Shown here in pieces: positions 9,387-19,366 of a DNA stretch of 64,000 nt. Position 1 is the first letter of the stretch. The number at the start of each line of letters is the position of its first letter. This DNA comes from Terracidiphilus sp. Lineage in GTDB: Bacteria; Acidobacteriota; Terriglobia; Terriglobales; Acidobacteriaceae. The notes below the pieces were generated by a model, which made no database searches, had not been told where the DNA came from, and saw nothing but the letters and a program-made list of their open reading frames with translations. The DNA lies in contig JBEKUB010000005.1 in the NCBI GenBank assembly GCA_049515455.1, positions 82,858 through 146,857 on the forward strand. The letters are read 5' to 3'. The translations under genes were made by a program, and so were the position numbers.

Positions 9387-10577
9387 TTACGAATTGAACC
9401 GGTCTGGCCAACGCCACCGCGCGACCAGGTATGGCTTGTCCGCTTCGAACGAGGCGGCAACAGCTTCAATGTGTCGCTCTGCTGGAATTCCGGATGCCGT
9501 CACGTTGATATGACCTGCGACCCAGGCCAGATAAAGTGGGATCAGTGCTCCTAAGAGGTGCCCGCGGTTGATCGTGCGCAGGCGGTAAGCGATGAGAAAG
9601 TCATAAACAATGCGTGCCCAAAGGCCGTCCGGCATGCGGAAGGCGGCGGGATCAAGCGTCGAGCAACGTTTAAGTCCAAGCAAGGAATTGGGCGGCAAGA
9701 CAAGCGACCAGATCTCCTGCAGGTTCGCGTTGGCTAGTTGAAATGCCGCAACCATGCGCGCAACATTCGCGGTTCCGTCGCTCAGTTCAGCCTCAACAAT
9801 CGGCCGGCGTATCGGCGGCGCCCTGCGAGGCCGCTGCCAAAGAGCCGCTTTCGCTTCGAGATCCGCAAAAAGCGATCCAGTTATCAAGGAAAGAATTGAA
9901 TTGATGTCGGGATCAGAGGGTTGGGGCATTGCACGCGATCCCACATCAACTTCATCCGCCGCGAAGCCGGCCGCAATAGCTTCGTTCACCGGCCACACAA
10001 GAACTTCACCTTGGTTGACAGCAGAAACTCGTTCAGCAGCCAAGCTAAGTTGCTCTGCCATTCTCAGCGACATGCCAAGATCAATTGACAACGGAAAGCG
10101 GACACGCGAAGCAAAGATCGCTCGTGTCAGAGGGTAAAGAATGGCTGAGTTGATCAGGCCGGCATTCGATGGCAGAGAATAATGTGGAACAGCCAGGTCA
10201 ATGGACGCTTTTGAAACAGCATCGTTCAGGCCGCGCAGCGCGAGCGGGCTAAGCGAATCGGCTTCTGGCCCGAGAATCAGAATTACCTGCGCTCCATGCT
10301 TGCGACCGAACTGCGCTGCATTCACAAAGTCGACCGGTTTAATCGACCATGCCGCATTTGACTGCGGCGTTGCGACGATTCGAAGGCTCGAGGGAACATC
10401 GGCAGGCAATTCATTCTGCGTCGCCACAATAAAGTTTTCGGGAGAGAATGCGGATGCGAGGTTCGCCAGAACTCCATTGAAATGCTCGGGAGCCATGGCC
10501 GTCACCAGCACGAGAAGCTCGGCCACCGTGTTGTCTGTAGCCAGCGTGTTATCGGGAATTGGATTCGCCGTTGCCAT
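9387..10577 (-). CDS. GT2-like protein related to glucosylglycerate synthase-type glycosyltransferases, catalytic motifs degenerate
   Basis: ILYPLTRAIF, WARIVYDF, LIPLYLAWV and FEADKPYLVARW resemble that family, but there is no DxD (GPEADSL at the expected site). Confidence 0.55.
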   Translation of the reverse strand: MATANPIPDNTLATDNTVAELLVLVTAMAPEHFNGVLANLASAFSPENFIVATQNELPADVPSSLRIVATPQSNAAWSIKPVDFVNAAQFGRKHGAQVILILGPEADSLSPLALRGLNDAVSKASIDLAVPHYSLPSNAGLINSAILYPLTRAIFASRVRFPLSIDLGMSLRMAEQLSLAAERVSAVNQGEVLVWPVNEAIAAGFAADEVDVGSRAMPQPSDPDINSILSLITGSLFADLEAKAALWQRPRRAPPIRRPIVEAELSDGTANVARMVAAFQLANANLQEIWSLVLPPNSLLGLKRCSTLDPAAFRMPDGLWARIVYDFLIAYRLRTINRGHLLGALIPLYLAWVAGHINVTASGIPAERHIEAVAASFEADKPYLVARWRWPDRFNS

Positions 10578-10643
10578 TATTCTCCGGAGGAAGCCGCAAG
10601 GAATTAAGTTCCCTCACTAGTAAAATTACTTTGTTGCAAAACC

Positions 10644-13600
10644 CTATAAAGCCAGAACGCCATCGAGCGGAATGCAGACCCAGGAGGGTCGGTTATTCAA
10701 CTCGTACAGCAACTCATACAAAGCCTTTTCAAGCAGGTAGGCGTCGAGCAGAATTTGGGCTTCTCTTGGCGGCGGCAACAGATCCGGATTCGCCGCGATG
10801 CCCTCGCGGTATGAAGAAAGGAAATAAGAGGTCGCCGAATCTTGCCAAAGCTGCGCCCACCCCATGAGCGTGGCGCGATCGATCAGGTGTTTCCCGCCTC
10901 CCTCGCCTGCAATACAAAGATCAACCGCGGCAAATGCGGCGTAAGCAAAGGATCGCATCATGCCGACAACGTCTTTCAACGGTGACTGTTTTCTTCGTCG
11001 TTCTTCAATTGACCGTGCAGGCTCACCTTCGAAGTCGATGATAACGAAATCTCCCTTTTGATTCTTCTCGGCAATAGAGCCGCCGCTGGTGCCAGCGATT
11101 CGCAATGTCTGCCCTAAATGATAGTCGCCGTGAATTCGGATCCGCTGCCCGGCAGCTGCAACTGTCTGAATCGTACGTGCCAGCTGAATGAGTTCGGGCC
11201 GACGGGATATAAGCAAGCCCGCACGATCAGAGGTCGCATCATCCAGCTCGGGGAGCTTGAATTTAAGCGCTTCGACGGTGGACTTTATTTGTAGCTCGAT
11301 GCGTTCTGCGTCGTGGGCAAGCTCGTCACTTGTAAGTGGCTCGGGAACGAACGCTGCGAGCGTCGAACTGCTCGAAAGTGCGAGGTGGAGTTCGGCAGTG
11401 CGCCTACCCAAGAGTGCTGCCGCCTCGAGCGTCGATCGAATCGGTTCCAGAGGTTCCAAGATCGGCTCGCGCTCGCTCAGCCAGCTGGGAGCAGTTGATC
11501 GTGGAGGGGCCACGTGCTCCCCAGCGGCGGAAAGCCAGCCGGCAAGTTCGTCAAGGTACCACTGCCATCCATTGCCCTGGTTGGCAACCATCCCCTGGAG
11601 CAGAGCGACCGTCGTTTTTGCCGCACTGTCTGAACTGATGGAGATTTCGCCGAGAAAAGGCGGAATTCTGTTGAAGTGAGCAACCTCCGTCAAAAAACGG
11701 CCAACTTCAACATCAGGATTTTCCCCCGGTTGCAGTCGGCGATAAATCTTGAGAAATAGTCGCTTGCCGAAGAGAATGGACGTGTTTGATTGCTCGGCAG
11801 AGCCGACGTGAGAAGGTAACCGCTGAGCGGCCAGGACGGATGGAAATGCGCCGGAAGGACGCGCATGAAGCCGGCCGCCCTCATAAAACGAGTCCCCTGC
11901 AGAAGGAGACTCGCGCGGCTCGAATCTTGACGCTCCAGCTGACTGGTTTGACGGGATGTCAGTTCGTGGCGGCATTGCTGTGTCGCCGGGCTGAGCGCTG
12001 AGTGGAGCTGGCGTGACCGCAGCGCCGACCGAGACCGCTTGCGCTTCATCGCCGATCGACGACGGCTGATTGAAGCCGCTCTCCGCCGCTTTCGTTGACT
12101 CTGTGCTTTCAAAAACAGGCAGGGTCGCGTCGCTCGCAATCAAGCTCAGGAGTTCATGCTGAAAATCCTCGCTGACAGTCGCGTCATGCAGAATTGCGGG
12201 CCCAGCACTCGTAGTCAGTTTGGCAACGATGCTATCGGGCTGACCTTCGACGATTTCCTCAAGAAGAGCGCCCGTCGTCACTGCGAGCGGGATCTGATAG
12301 ACATCCGGCGAACCATCGAAATACGTCACCTCAAAGAAGAACAGTGCACTTGGAACGGCCACCGGCTCTGATACGTTGTTCGTTGAAAGACCTTCAGGCT
12401 TCGCATCGGGCGCAAGTTCCACCCAGTTGCGGACACGCACGGACTCGATTTTGTGCGTCTTGGCGCCAAACCATCGCTTGCGCGGCAACCAGTCAAGGAG
12501 CGCCTGCTCACAAATTGCGGCGCCGCCGCCAGCGATGAATTGCGTCCATCCATTCGCAAAGACCGGTTGAACAGTCTCGGCTTCCTCTTGCACAGACTCT
12601 TGTGTGACCACTTCAACATCGGGCGGCATCTCCTCGACCTCACTGGCAGCCTGCAGTTCAAGCCAGATAAAGGAATACGGAGCCAGTGTGAGCGAGTATG
12701 GTTCGGGCGTGACGGCGGGAAACCGAACGTAGCCTAGCATCTCGACCGGTTCGTAGCCTGCATAGCTTGCGAGATCGAGCGAAACCGGCTGGGCAAATCG
12801 GCTGAGGTTGGCGACGCAGAGCACCGTTTCACAGAATCCGTCCCCATGGTCCAGTTCGCGAAGGTAAGCAAGAATCTTGCGATTCGATGGATTTAGAAAC
12901 GCGAGTGTTCCGCGGCCAAATACCTGAAAGAGCTTTCGCAGCGCAATCATGTTACGCGTCCAGTGCAGAAGGCTCGATTGATCGTCGAGCTGTGCTTCCA
13001 CATTCACAACCTGGTAGCCATAAATGGGGTCCATGACTACCGGCAAATAGAGCCGCGCCGGATCGCATTTGGAAAAGCCCGCATTCCGATCCGACGTCCA
13101 TTGCATCGGCGTCCGAACGCCATTGCGATCGCCGAGATAGATGTTGTCGCCCATCCCGATCTCATCGCCGTAATACAAAATTGGCGTGCCGGGGAAACTG
13201 AACAAAAGTGACTTCAATAGTTCAATACGGCGGCGATTATTGTCGACCAGCGGAGCCAGCCTGCGCCGTATGCCAACATTGATGCGCATCCGCGGGTCGG
13301 CCGAATAGGCGAAATACATATAGTCGCGCTCATCATCGGTGACCATCTCGAGCGTCAGTTCGTCGTGATTCCGCAGAAAGAGCCCCCACTGGCAGTTTTC
13401 GGGAATTGGCGGCGTCTGTGCCATGATGTCGGTGATCGGGAGCCGGTCTTCCTGGCGAAGTGCCATGTAGATGCGCGGCATGAGCGGAAAATGAAACGCC
13501 ATGTGACACTCGTCGCCGTCGCCAAAATACGGACGCACGTCCGCAGGCCACTGATTGGCTTCCGCAAGAATTAGACGATTTGCATACTCCGCATCAATCG

Positions 13601-14309
13601 CTGCGCGCAGAGTTTTTACTACTGCATGAGTCTCGGGCAGGTTTTCGCATGAAGTTCCATCCCGCTCGCAAAGATATGGAATCGCATCCATGCGAAGCCC
13701 ATCGACCCCCATATCAAGCCAAAATCGCATTGCCTTCAGCACTTCTTCCATCACCAGCGGGCTGTCGTAGTTGAGGTCCGGCTGGTGCGAAAAAAAACGA
13801 TGCCAATAGTAGGCCTTCGCCGCTTCGTCCCAGGTCCAGTTTGATTTTTCTGTGTCAGTGAAGATGATGCGCGCATCCTCATACCGTTCTTCATTGTCCG
13901 ACCAGACGTACATATCTCGTTCCGCCGAACCCGCAGGAGACTGGCGCGCTGCCTTGAACCATGGATGTTGATCGCTGGTGTGATTCACGACCAATTCGAT
14001 CATCACCTGCAGGCCGCGGTGATGAGCAGCGTCAAGAAACGCCTTGAAATCGCTCAGTGTTCCATACGACGGGTTGACGTCGATGTAATTGGAGATGTCG
14101 TACCCATCGTCGCGCATTGGCGACGGGAAAAATGGCAAGAGCCAGATGCAGGTGATTCCAAGATCCTTCAAATAATCAAGATGCGACATCAGGCCCGGAA
14201 AATCACCGATACCGTCGTTATTCGAATCCGCAAACGCGCGAACGTGCAGTTCATAGATGATCGCGTCTTTATACCAGAGGGGATCTGTTGTGCTTGCGAT
14301 CTTCTTCAC
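10644..14309 (-). CDS. treS: Trehalose synthase (maltose alpha-D-glucosyltransferase) fused to maltokinase
   Basis: WYKDAIIYE, DDGYDIS, HRFFSHQPDLN, RMDAIPY, FLRNHDELTLE; C-terminal Mak domain EQSNTS, RIHGDYHLGQ, IIDFEGEP, KALYEL.YE. Confidence 0.95.
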   Translation of the reverse strand: MKKIASTTDPLWYKDAIIYELHVRAFADSNNDGIGDFPGLMSHLDYLKDLGITCIWLLPFFPSPMRDDGYDISNYIDVNPSYGTLSDFKAFLDAAHHRGLQVMIELVVNHTSDQHPWFKAARQSPAGSAERDMYVWSDNEERYEDARIIFTDTEKSNWTWDEAAKAYYWHRFFSHQPDLNYDSPLVMEEVLKAMRFWLDMGVDGLRMDAIPYLCERDGTSCENLPETHAVVKTLRAAIDAEYANRLILAEANQWPADVRPYFGDGDECHMAFHFPLMPRIYMALRQEDRLPITDIMAQTPPIPENCQWGLFLRNHDELTLEMVTDDERDYMYFAYSADPRMRINVGIRRRLAPLVDNNRRRIELLKSLLFSFPGTPILYYGDEIGMGDNIYLGDRNGVRTPMQWTSDRNAGFSKCDPARLYLPVVMDPIYGYQVVNVEAQLDDQSSLLHWTRNMIALRKLFQVFGRGTLAFLNPSNRKILAYLRELDHGDGFCETVLCVANLSRFAQPVSLDLASYAGYEPVEMLGYVRFPAVTPEPYSLTLAPYSFIWLELQAASEVEEMPPDVEVVTQESVQEEAETVQPVFANGWTQFIAGGGAAICEQALLDWLPRKRWFGAKTHKIESVRVRNWVELAPDAKPEGLSTNNVSEPVAVPSALFFFEVTYFDGSPDVYQIPLAVTTGALLEEIVEGQPDSIVAKLTTSAGPAILHDATVSEDFQHELLSLIASDATLPVFESTESTKAAESGFNQPSSIGDEAQAVSVGAAVTPAPLSAQPGDTAMPPRTDIPSNQSAGASRFEPRESPSAGDSFYEGGRLHARPSGAFPSVLAAQRLPSHVGSAEQSNTSILFGKRLFLKIYRRLQPGENPDVEVGRFLTEVAHFNRIPPFLGEISISSDSAAKTTVALLQGMVANQGNGWQWYLDELAGWLSAAGEHVAPPRSTAPSWLSEREPILEPLEPIRSTLEAAALLGRRTAELHLALSSSSTLAAFVPEPLTSDELAHDAERIELQIKSTVEALKFKLPELDDATSDRAGLLISRRPELIQLARTIQTVAAAGQRIRIHGDYHLGQTLRIAGTSGGSIAEKNQKGDFVIIDFEGEPARSIEERRRKQSPLKDVVGMMRSFAYAAFAAVDLCIAGEGGGKHLIDRATLMGWAQLWQDSATSYFLSSYREGIAANPDLLPPPREAQILLDAYLLEKALYELLYELNNRPSWVCIPLDGVLAL

Positions 14310-14345
14310 GCTTTCACTCTCCCAAAAACCTCGGCCCTTGCTGCA

Positions 14346-16457
14346 TCATTGGATTCGGTTCACGCGAAAAATGTGTGCCGGTTGAACCCCCGGCCGCAGC
14401 GCCACATAATTGCGGACACGCCACGTGTACTGCACCCCGTTCAGCAGGTCGTCGACAAGAAAGCTCTCATCTGCGGAACAGCCGATCGCGTCCAGATCAA
14501 GATTCGTCCAGCCGGTCTGTTCGTTGAATGAATCGAGATTCACCACAACCAGAATCGTGTTATCGAATCCAGGCGTCGCTTTCGAATAGCAAATCAACTG
14601 CGGGTTGTCGATCGAGTGAAAATGCAGCGATGCGTTCGATTGAAGCGCGCGATTCGCATGACGAATACGATTGAGCTGCGTAATGAGTGGCACGAGTGAA
14701 TCCGGCGCGTTGCGGTCGCGCTGCCGGATCTCGTATTTCTCGCTGCTGAGATACTCCTCTGACTCAATTTTGCCGGTAGGCGGCGCGGCCGGAGCATTTT
14801 CTGCAAGTTCGTACGCCGGACCATAGATGCCGTAGCTCGAACTCAGGGTCGCGGCAAGAATCAAACGATACATGAACGCCGGACGCCCGCCTTCCTGAAG
14901 AGTTTTGTGCAGTATGTCAGGCGTATTCGGCCAGAAATTCGGCTGAAAGAATTCGCTCACCGGCGGACGAGTCAGCTCTTCGAGATAGCTTTGCAACTCG
15001 ATCTTCGAGTTACGCCACGTAAAGTACGTGTACGATTGCGTGAAGCCCCGCTTGGCCAGGGCGTACATTACGTGCGGCCGCGTAAATGCTTCGGCAAGGA
15101 AAATAGTGTCAGGATAACTCGCTCGCAAGGCACCGAGGCACCACTCCCAGAAAGGCAGCGCTTTTGTGTGCGGATTGTCGACGCGAAACACGCGCACGCC
15201 CCGGTGAATCCAGAATTCGAACACTGAATACAGCTCGTCCCAGAGGGCGCGCCAGTCAGGCGATTCAAGATTCAGCGGATAAATATCCTGGTATTTCTTG
15301 GGAGGATTCTCCGCATATTGAATCGATCCGTCAGGCCGGATAACAAACCAATCTGGATGTTCTGTGACCCATGGATGATCGGGCGAACACTGAAATGCAA
15401 TGTCCAGAGCAATTTCAACACCCTGCGACTTGGCCGCGGCAACCATGTTTTCAAAATCTGCGAACGTGCCGAGTTGCGGGTGAATCGATTTGTGGCCGCC
15501 CAAATCTCCAGCAGCCTGCGCACCCAGCGCCGAGCTCGCGATGGCCGCCCTGTCGCCGATCGCCCACGGACTCCCAGGCGCATTTGGCGGAGCATAGGTC
15601 GCGTTGTTTGGTCCTTTGCGGAACGAGCGTCCTATGGGATGAATCGGCGGCAGATAAACAATGTCAAACCCCATCGCCGAGATCTCGGGCAGTTGCATTT
15701 CGACATCGCGGAATGTCCCGTGCTGGCCCGGAATCGGCGACGCAGACCGAGGAAAGAGCTCGTACCACGATGAAAATCCTGCGCGTTCCCGATTCACCCA
15801 AACCGGCAACTCGGTCTCGTATCGCGTAGCGTTTGTCAGATCGGGATAATTCCTCATCAATTGAAGAAGTTCTTCATCGCATGGGTTGTCATAGTTCGAT
15901 CGATTCTCGACCGCAAGGTTTTCGAAGCTCTGTGCTATTTCGTGCAACCGCTTCGCGTCATTCGATCGCGCCCGCCGCGCGCCTTCGTGGATGAGCGCCG
16001 CTCCCGAGCGAAGCGCAAGCGCAACATCCTGCGCGCTGAAATCAAATCTAACGTTCAGCTTCGCATCCCTACCTGACACTTTACCCGGTGCCGTGCCCGT
16101 AATTTCAGGCTCCTTTTGTGCGGCGATCCGTTTCGCCAATTCGCCGGCCCATGTGGCGAAGTGATCCACCCAACCGAGAAGAGTGAAGCGCCAGTCACCG
16201 AGCTTGTCAACAACGAACGTGCCATTCCAGACATCATTGCCCATTGCGCGCATCGGCAGAAACGACCACCGGCGGTCGTTCGAATGACGATAAAGTAACC
16301 GCGCAGCCAGGTCATCCTTGCCGTCGGCAAAGACTGCTGCCGTAACGACAACTTCATCACCCGCAACCCGGCAGACAGGATGACGGCCCGCATCAATCTG
16401 AGGATTGACGTCCTCGATGACAACGCGTCTGCGACCATTAGAGGGTTTCAATGGCAT
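14346..16457 (-). CDS. glgE: Alpha-1,4-glucan:maltose-1-phosphate maltosyltransferase
   Basis: WYELFPRS, YLPPIHPIG, GSPWAIG, YAENPPKKYQDIYP, FRVDNPHTK, AEAFT, NFWPNTPDIL; ATG 16457 preferred over 16535. Confidence 0.95.
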   Translation of the reverse strand: MPLKPSNGRRRVVIEDVNPQIDAGRHPVCRVAGDEVVVTAAVFADGKDDLAARLLYRHSNDRRWSFLPMRAMGNDVWNGTFVVDKLGDWRFTLLGWVDHFATWAGELAKRIAAQKEPEITGTAPGKVSGRDAKLNVRFDFSAQDVALALRSGAALIHEGARRARSNDAKRLHEIAQSFENLAVENRSNYDNPCDEELLQLMRNYPDLTNATRYETELPVWVNRERAGFSSWYELFPRSASPIPGQHGTFRDVEMQLPEISAMGFDIVYLPPIHPIGRSFRKGPNNATYAPPNAPGSPWAIGDRAAIASSALGAQAAGDLGGHKSIHPQLGTFADFENMVAAAKSQGVEIALDIAFQCSPDHPWVTEHPDWFVIRPDGSIQYAENPPKKYQDIYPLNLESPDWRALWDELYSVFEFWIHRGVRVFRVDNPHTKALPFWEWCLGALRASYPDTIFLAEAFTRPHVMYALAKRGFTQSYTYFTWRNSKIELQSYLEELTRPPVSEFFQPNFWPNTPDILHKTLQEGGRPAFMYRLILAATLSSSYGIYGPAYELAENAPAAPPTGKIESEEYLSSEKYEIRQRDRNAPDSLVPLITQLNRIRHANRALQSNASLHFHSIDNPQLICYSKATPGFDNTILVVVNLDSFNEQTGWTNLDLDAIGCSADESFLVDDLLNGVQYTWRVRNYVALRPGVQPAHIFRVNRIQ

Positions 16458-16903
16458 GCGGGTCCTCAATAGAGAGCACCGCTGCCACGGGATCGGTCGA
16501 AGGAAAGCCGAAGTTGGCCGCACACCGAACGCCAAGCCGAGGGGATCGCCAATTGAGCAGCAGCAACCTTAAAGATGCTCCAGAAGGGAAGCAGGATGCT
16601 CGGCCCCCAAACCGAACACTCTTAAGCACCTCACCTTTTGGGGATTTCGCGCAAAACAAATCGTTGTTATCCCGGTTGGGATGAACACGCGCAACTCAGA
16701 TTTAGGTCGTCTTCTTGCTGAATGCTGACCGTCTCTATCGTGTTATATCGGGCAAGGAGCCTCGGAATTCACGGAATCCTATTCCAACCTTGCCATCGTG
16801 CTTTCTGCAACTTACAGGATTGAAAAGGGAGAAGAAAGAACGAATCAAACCCTACTTGGCATGAAGCGAAATATGCTTTTCGCCACTCCTGGGTTGCGTC
16901 AAA

Positions 16904-18175
16904 TCATGAAAACTGACTCATATCAATGTTTAGCTCGTATTTTTCGCCGTGCTCCAGCATTTCTTCCCAGGTAACTTCGCGACCCAGGCGACCAGCCATT
17001 CGACCTAGCACCGCGCTCAAAGCGGCTTCAACGCCGGCGGCGGCCTGGTTGTGGTAGTTCCCCGAGGTAATGCTATCAATGAAGCCGCGATCTTTCTCCC
17101 GGTCGGCCTGGGCCAGATTGTCACTGAACGCTCCATTGGCTGCAAAGGAAGCTTGAGTTGTCTCGCCCCCGGTGCCTTTATCGACCCAGGTCCATGGTTT
17201 CTGGCTCACGATTCGCAATGGGCCGGAGTACAGAGCCTCTGCAAGTCCGTCCGAGCCAAAGACGCTCACCCCAACGTTGAACCAGTCGTGGGGCCCGAAC
17301 TGTGTTGATGAGAAGCTCAAGTGAACGTTTTCAGGATAAATAAATAGAACCTGGTAATTGTCCCACATATCGCCGGGATGGGTGATTACGTTTCTTCCGC
17401 CGGTAGCTATTGCCTTGATGGGATGCGACTGAAGAATCCAGTTGCAGATATCGATCACGTGAATATTCTGCTCCACGATGATATCGCCCGATAGCGCGAG
17501 ATCCCAGAGCCAACGGCGAATTCGAAGTTCGTCGGCGGATACACCCGGCAGCGGAGGATAATTAACCCCCGGAGCGTTGTAATTTGCCGCGATGCTGGCA
17601 ATCTTGCCCAGCGCGCCCTCGTGGATACGCTGAACGATCTCAACGTATGGCGGCGCGCTGCGAATCTGAAAACCGACATCGAGGCTTACACGCCCCTGTG
17701 CCCGCTTCCCAATCTCCAGAACCTGTTGCGCCTGGGCCACATCGACTCCTACCGGCTTTTCGCAGTACGCGTGCTTGCCCGCCTTGACGGCGGCGTCGAG
17801 ATGCTGAACGTGAAACCACGGCGGAGTTGAAATCTGCACGGCGTCAACGCCCTGAGACGCGGCGATTTCCTCGAAGGCCTTATAGCCGCGAAACATCATC
17901 TTGGGATCCATGCGCGCGTAGCCCAGCTTATCCGCGATCTGATCGAAATGCGCCTTACCCGCCTCCAATTTGTCGGGAAACAGATCTGCGAGCGCAACAA
18001 AGCGCGCGCTGGTGTTGTTCGCAAAGGATGTCGCAACTGCGGTTCCACGTCCACCGCAACCCAATAACGCTAGCTGCACAGCCGAGTTAGCTTCGTAACC
18101 AAATGCAGTTTGTTGCCTCAACAGCATCAGTCCTGAAACCGCGGCCGAGCCTTCTACAAATAGCCTTCTATTCAC
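16904..18175 (-). CDS. Gfo/Idh/MocA family oxidoreductase, Tat signal
   Basis: NRRLF Tat motif, LGCGGRG, AYCEKP, DIIVEQNIHVID. Confidence 0.9.
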   Translation of the reverse strand: MNRRLFVEGSAAVSGLMLLRQQTAFGYEANSAVQLALLGCGGRGTAVATSFANNTSARFVALADLFPDKLEAGKAHFDQIADKLGYARMDPKMMFRGYKAFEEIAASQGVDAVQISTPPWFHVQHLDAAVKAGKHAYCEKPVGVDVAQAQQVLEIGKRAQGRVSLDVGFQIRSAPPYVEIVQRIHEGALGKIASIAANYNAPGVNYPPLPGVSADELRIRRWLWDLALSGDIIVEQNIHVIDICNWILQSHPIKAIATGGRNVITHPGDMWDNYQVLFIYPENVHLSFSSTQFGPHDWFNVGVSVFGSDGLAEALYSGPLRIVSQKPWTWVDKGTGGETTQASFAANGAFSDNLAQADREKDRGFIDSITSGNYHNQAAAGVEAALSAVLGRMAGRLGREVTWEEMLEHGEKYELNIDMSQFS

Positions 18176-18192
18176 AGCAAAACCTCCGTCGA

Positions 18193-19176
18193 TTACTTGT
18201 TGCCGGCCATTACCTGGCTGAGAATTCGCTCAAGATATACCTTCTCGTTTTTTACATCCTCAATCTGCTGGGGGCCTGAGGTCTCGCGTTCAATCGTGAT
18301 CGCTCCTTTATATCCAAGCTGATAAAGCCTGGTGAACACCTTGAGAAAATCGACGCGACCCGTGCCGATCAATACTTCCTGTCCCAGCCGCATCGGGTCG
18401 GTGGGCCACATTCCATCCTTTGCATGGACACTCTTGACGTACTGCCCGATGATTTCAACCGCGTCCACCGGGTTAGCTTTCCCATAGAGAATCAGGTTCG
18501 CCGTATCCAATCCCACGCCGAGGTTTGGCTGCTTGACGTCCAAAATCGTCCGCTTGATCGTCGTGGGCGTCTCCTGCCCTGTCTCCATCAAAAAGTCCTG
18601 GCCGTTGGCCCCGCAATGCATAGCGACCTCGCGGATTGCGAGAACCGTTTCCTCATAAAGCGGGTTCGCTGGATCCTCAGGAATAAAGCCACAATGCGTC
18701 TGGACGCTCGGCACGCCCAGCAATCTTGCGAAATCCGAGGTTTGTTTCAGTGCGTCCATTCTGGCTGTTCGTGTGGCGCGAGGCACCAGGCCGATGGTTG
18801 ACGGGCCTTCAGCAAAATCCCAAACCAGGCGTCCCGGTCCGACAACCTCGACGCAGGTTGCCGTCACCCCATACTTCTCAAAAAGAGCATTCAGTTTCTG
18901 AGCGCCTGATTCGCCGAACCTGCCTATCCAATCGTCGAAGCTAGGAAAGCAATTGGTCATTCCCAGCTCTTTAACGCGGGCGATTGCACTTTCCGGATTG
19001 TCATAGGAAGGCCCAATCTTCAACCCAATGGCCATCGGACGGACTAACTTTTGTCTATCCGCTACGTCTTGCGCTTCAACAATCGACGCGGCCAAGGCCG
19101 CCGGGGCGGCCGAAAGCACGCCGGATTGAATCACCGCCGTTCCAATCGCTTTACCGAGGAATTCTCTCCGACGCAT
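18193..19176 (-). CDS. Sugar phosphate isomerase/epimerase (xylose-isomerase-like TIM barrel), Tat-like signal
   Basis: RRREFL leader; metal ligands ETGQE, DTAN, HAKD, IERE. Confidence 0.85.
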   Translation of the reverse strand: MRRREFLGKAIGTAVIQSGVLSAAPAALAASIVEAQDVADRQKLVRPMAIGLKIGPSYDNPESAIARVKELGMTNCFPSFDDWIGRFGESGAQKLNALFEKYGVTATCVEVVGPGRLVWDFAEGPSTIGLVPRATRTARMDALKQTSDFARLLGVPSVQTHCGFIPEDPANPLYEETVLAIREVAMHCGANGQDFLMETGQETPTTIKRTILDVKQPNLGVGLDTANLILYGKANPVDAVEIIGQYVKSVHAKDGMWPTDPMRLGQEVLIGTGRVDFLKVFTRLYQLGYKGAITIERETSGPQQIEDVKNEKVYLERILSQVMAGNK

Positions 19177-19366
19177 GTACTCCCCTTTCGCACTTGGAGG
19201 TGGTCAGATTGCCAGCCTCCTGCTCTGTGACAGCTGAATTGCTAGTGTAGCGCGGCAGGCAAAAGGAAAGCTCCCGTTGCAGTGGGCTGGATGTGAATAA
19301 GAAGAAAGCGGGCTTCGTAGAAAAGGCTGCTAAAATGCGAATGATCTTCCACCCGAGCAGAAAAGA

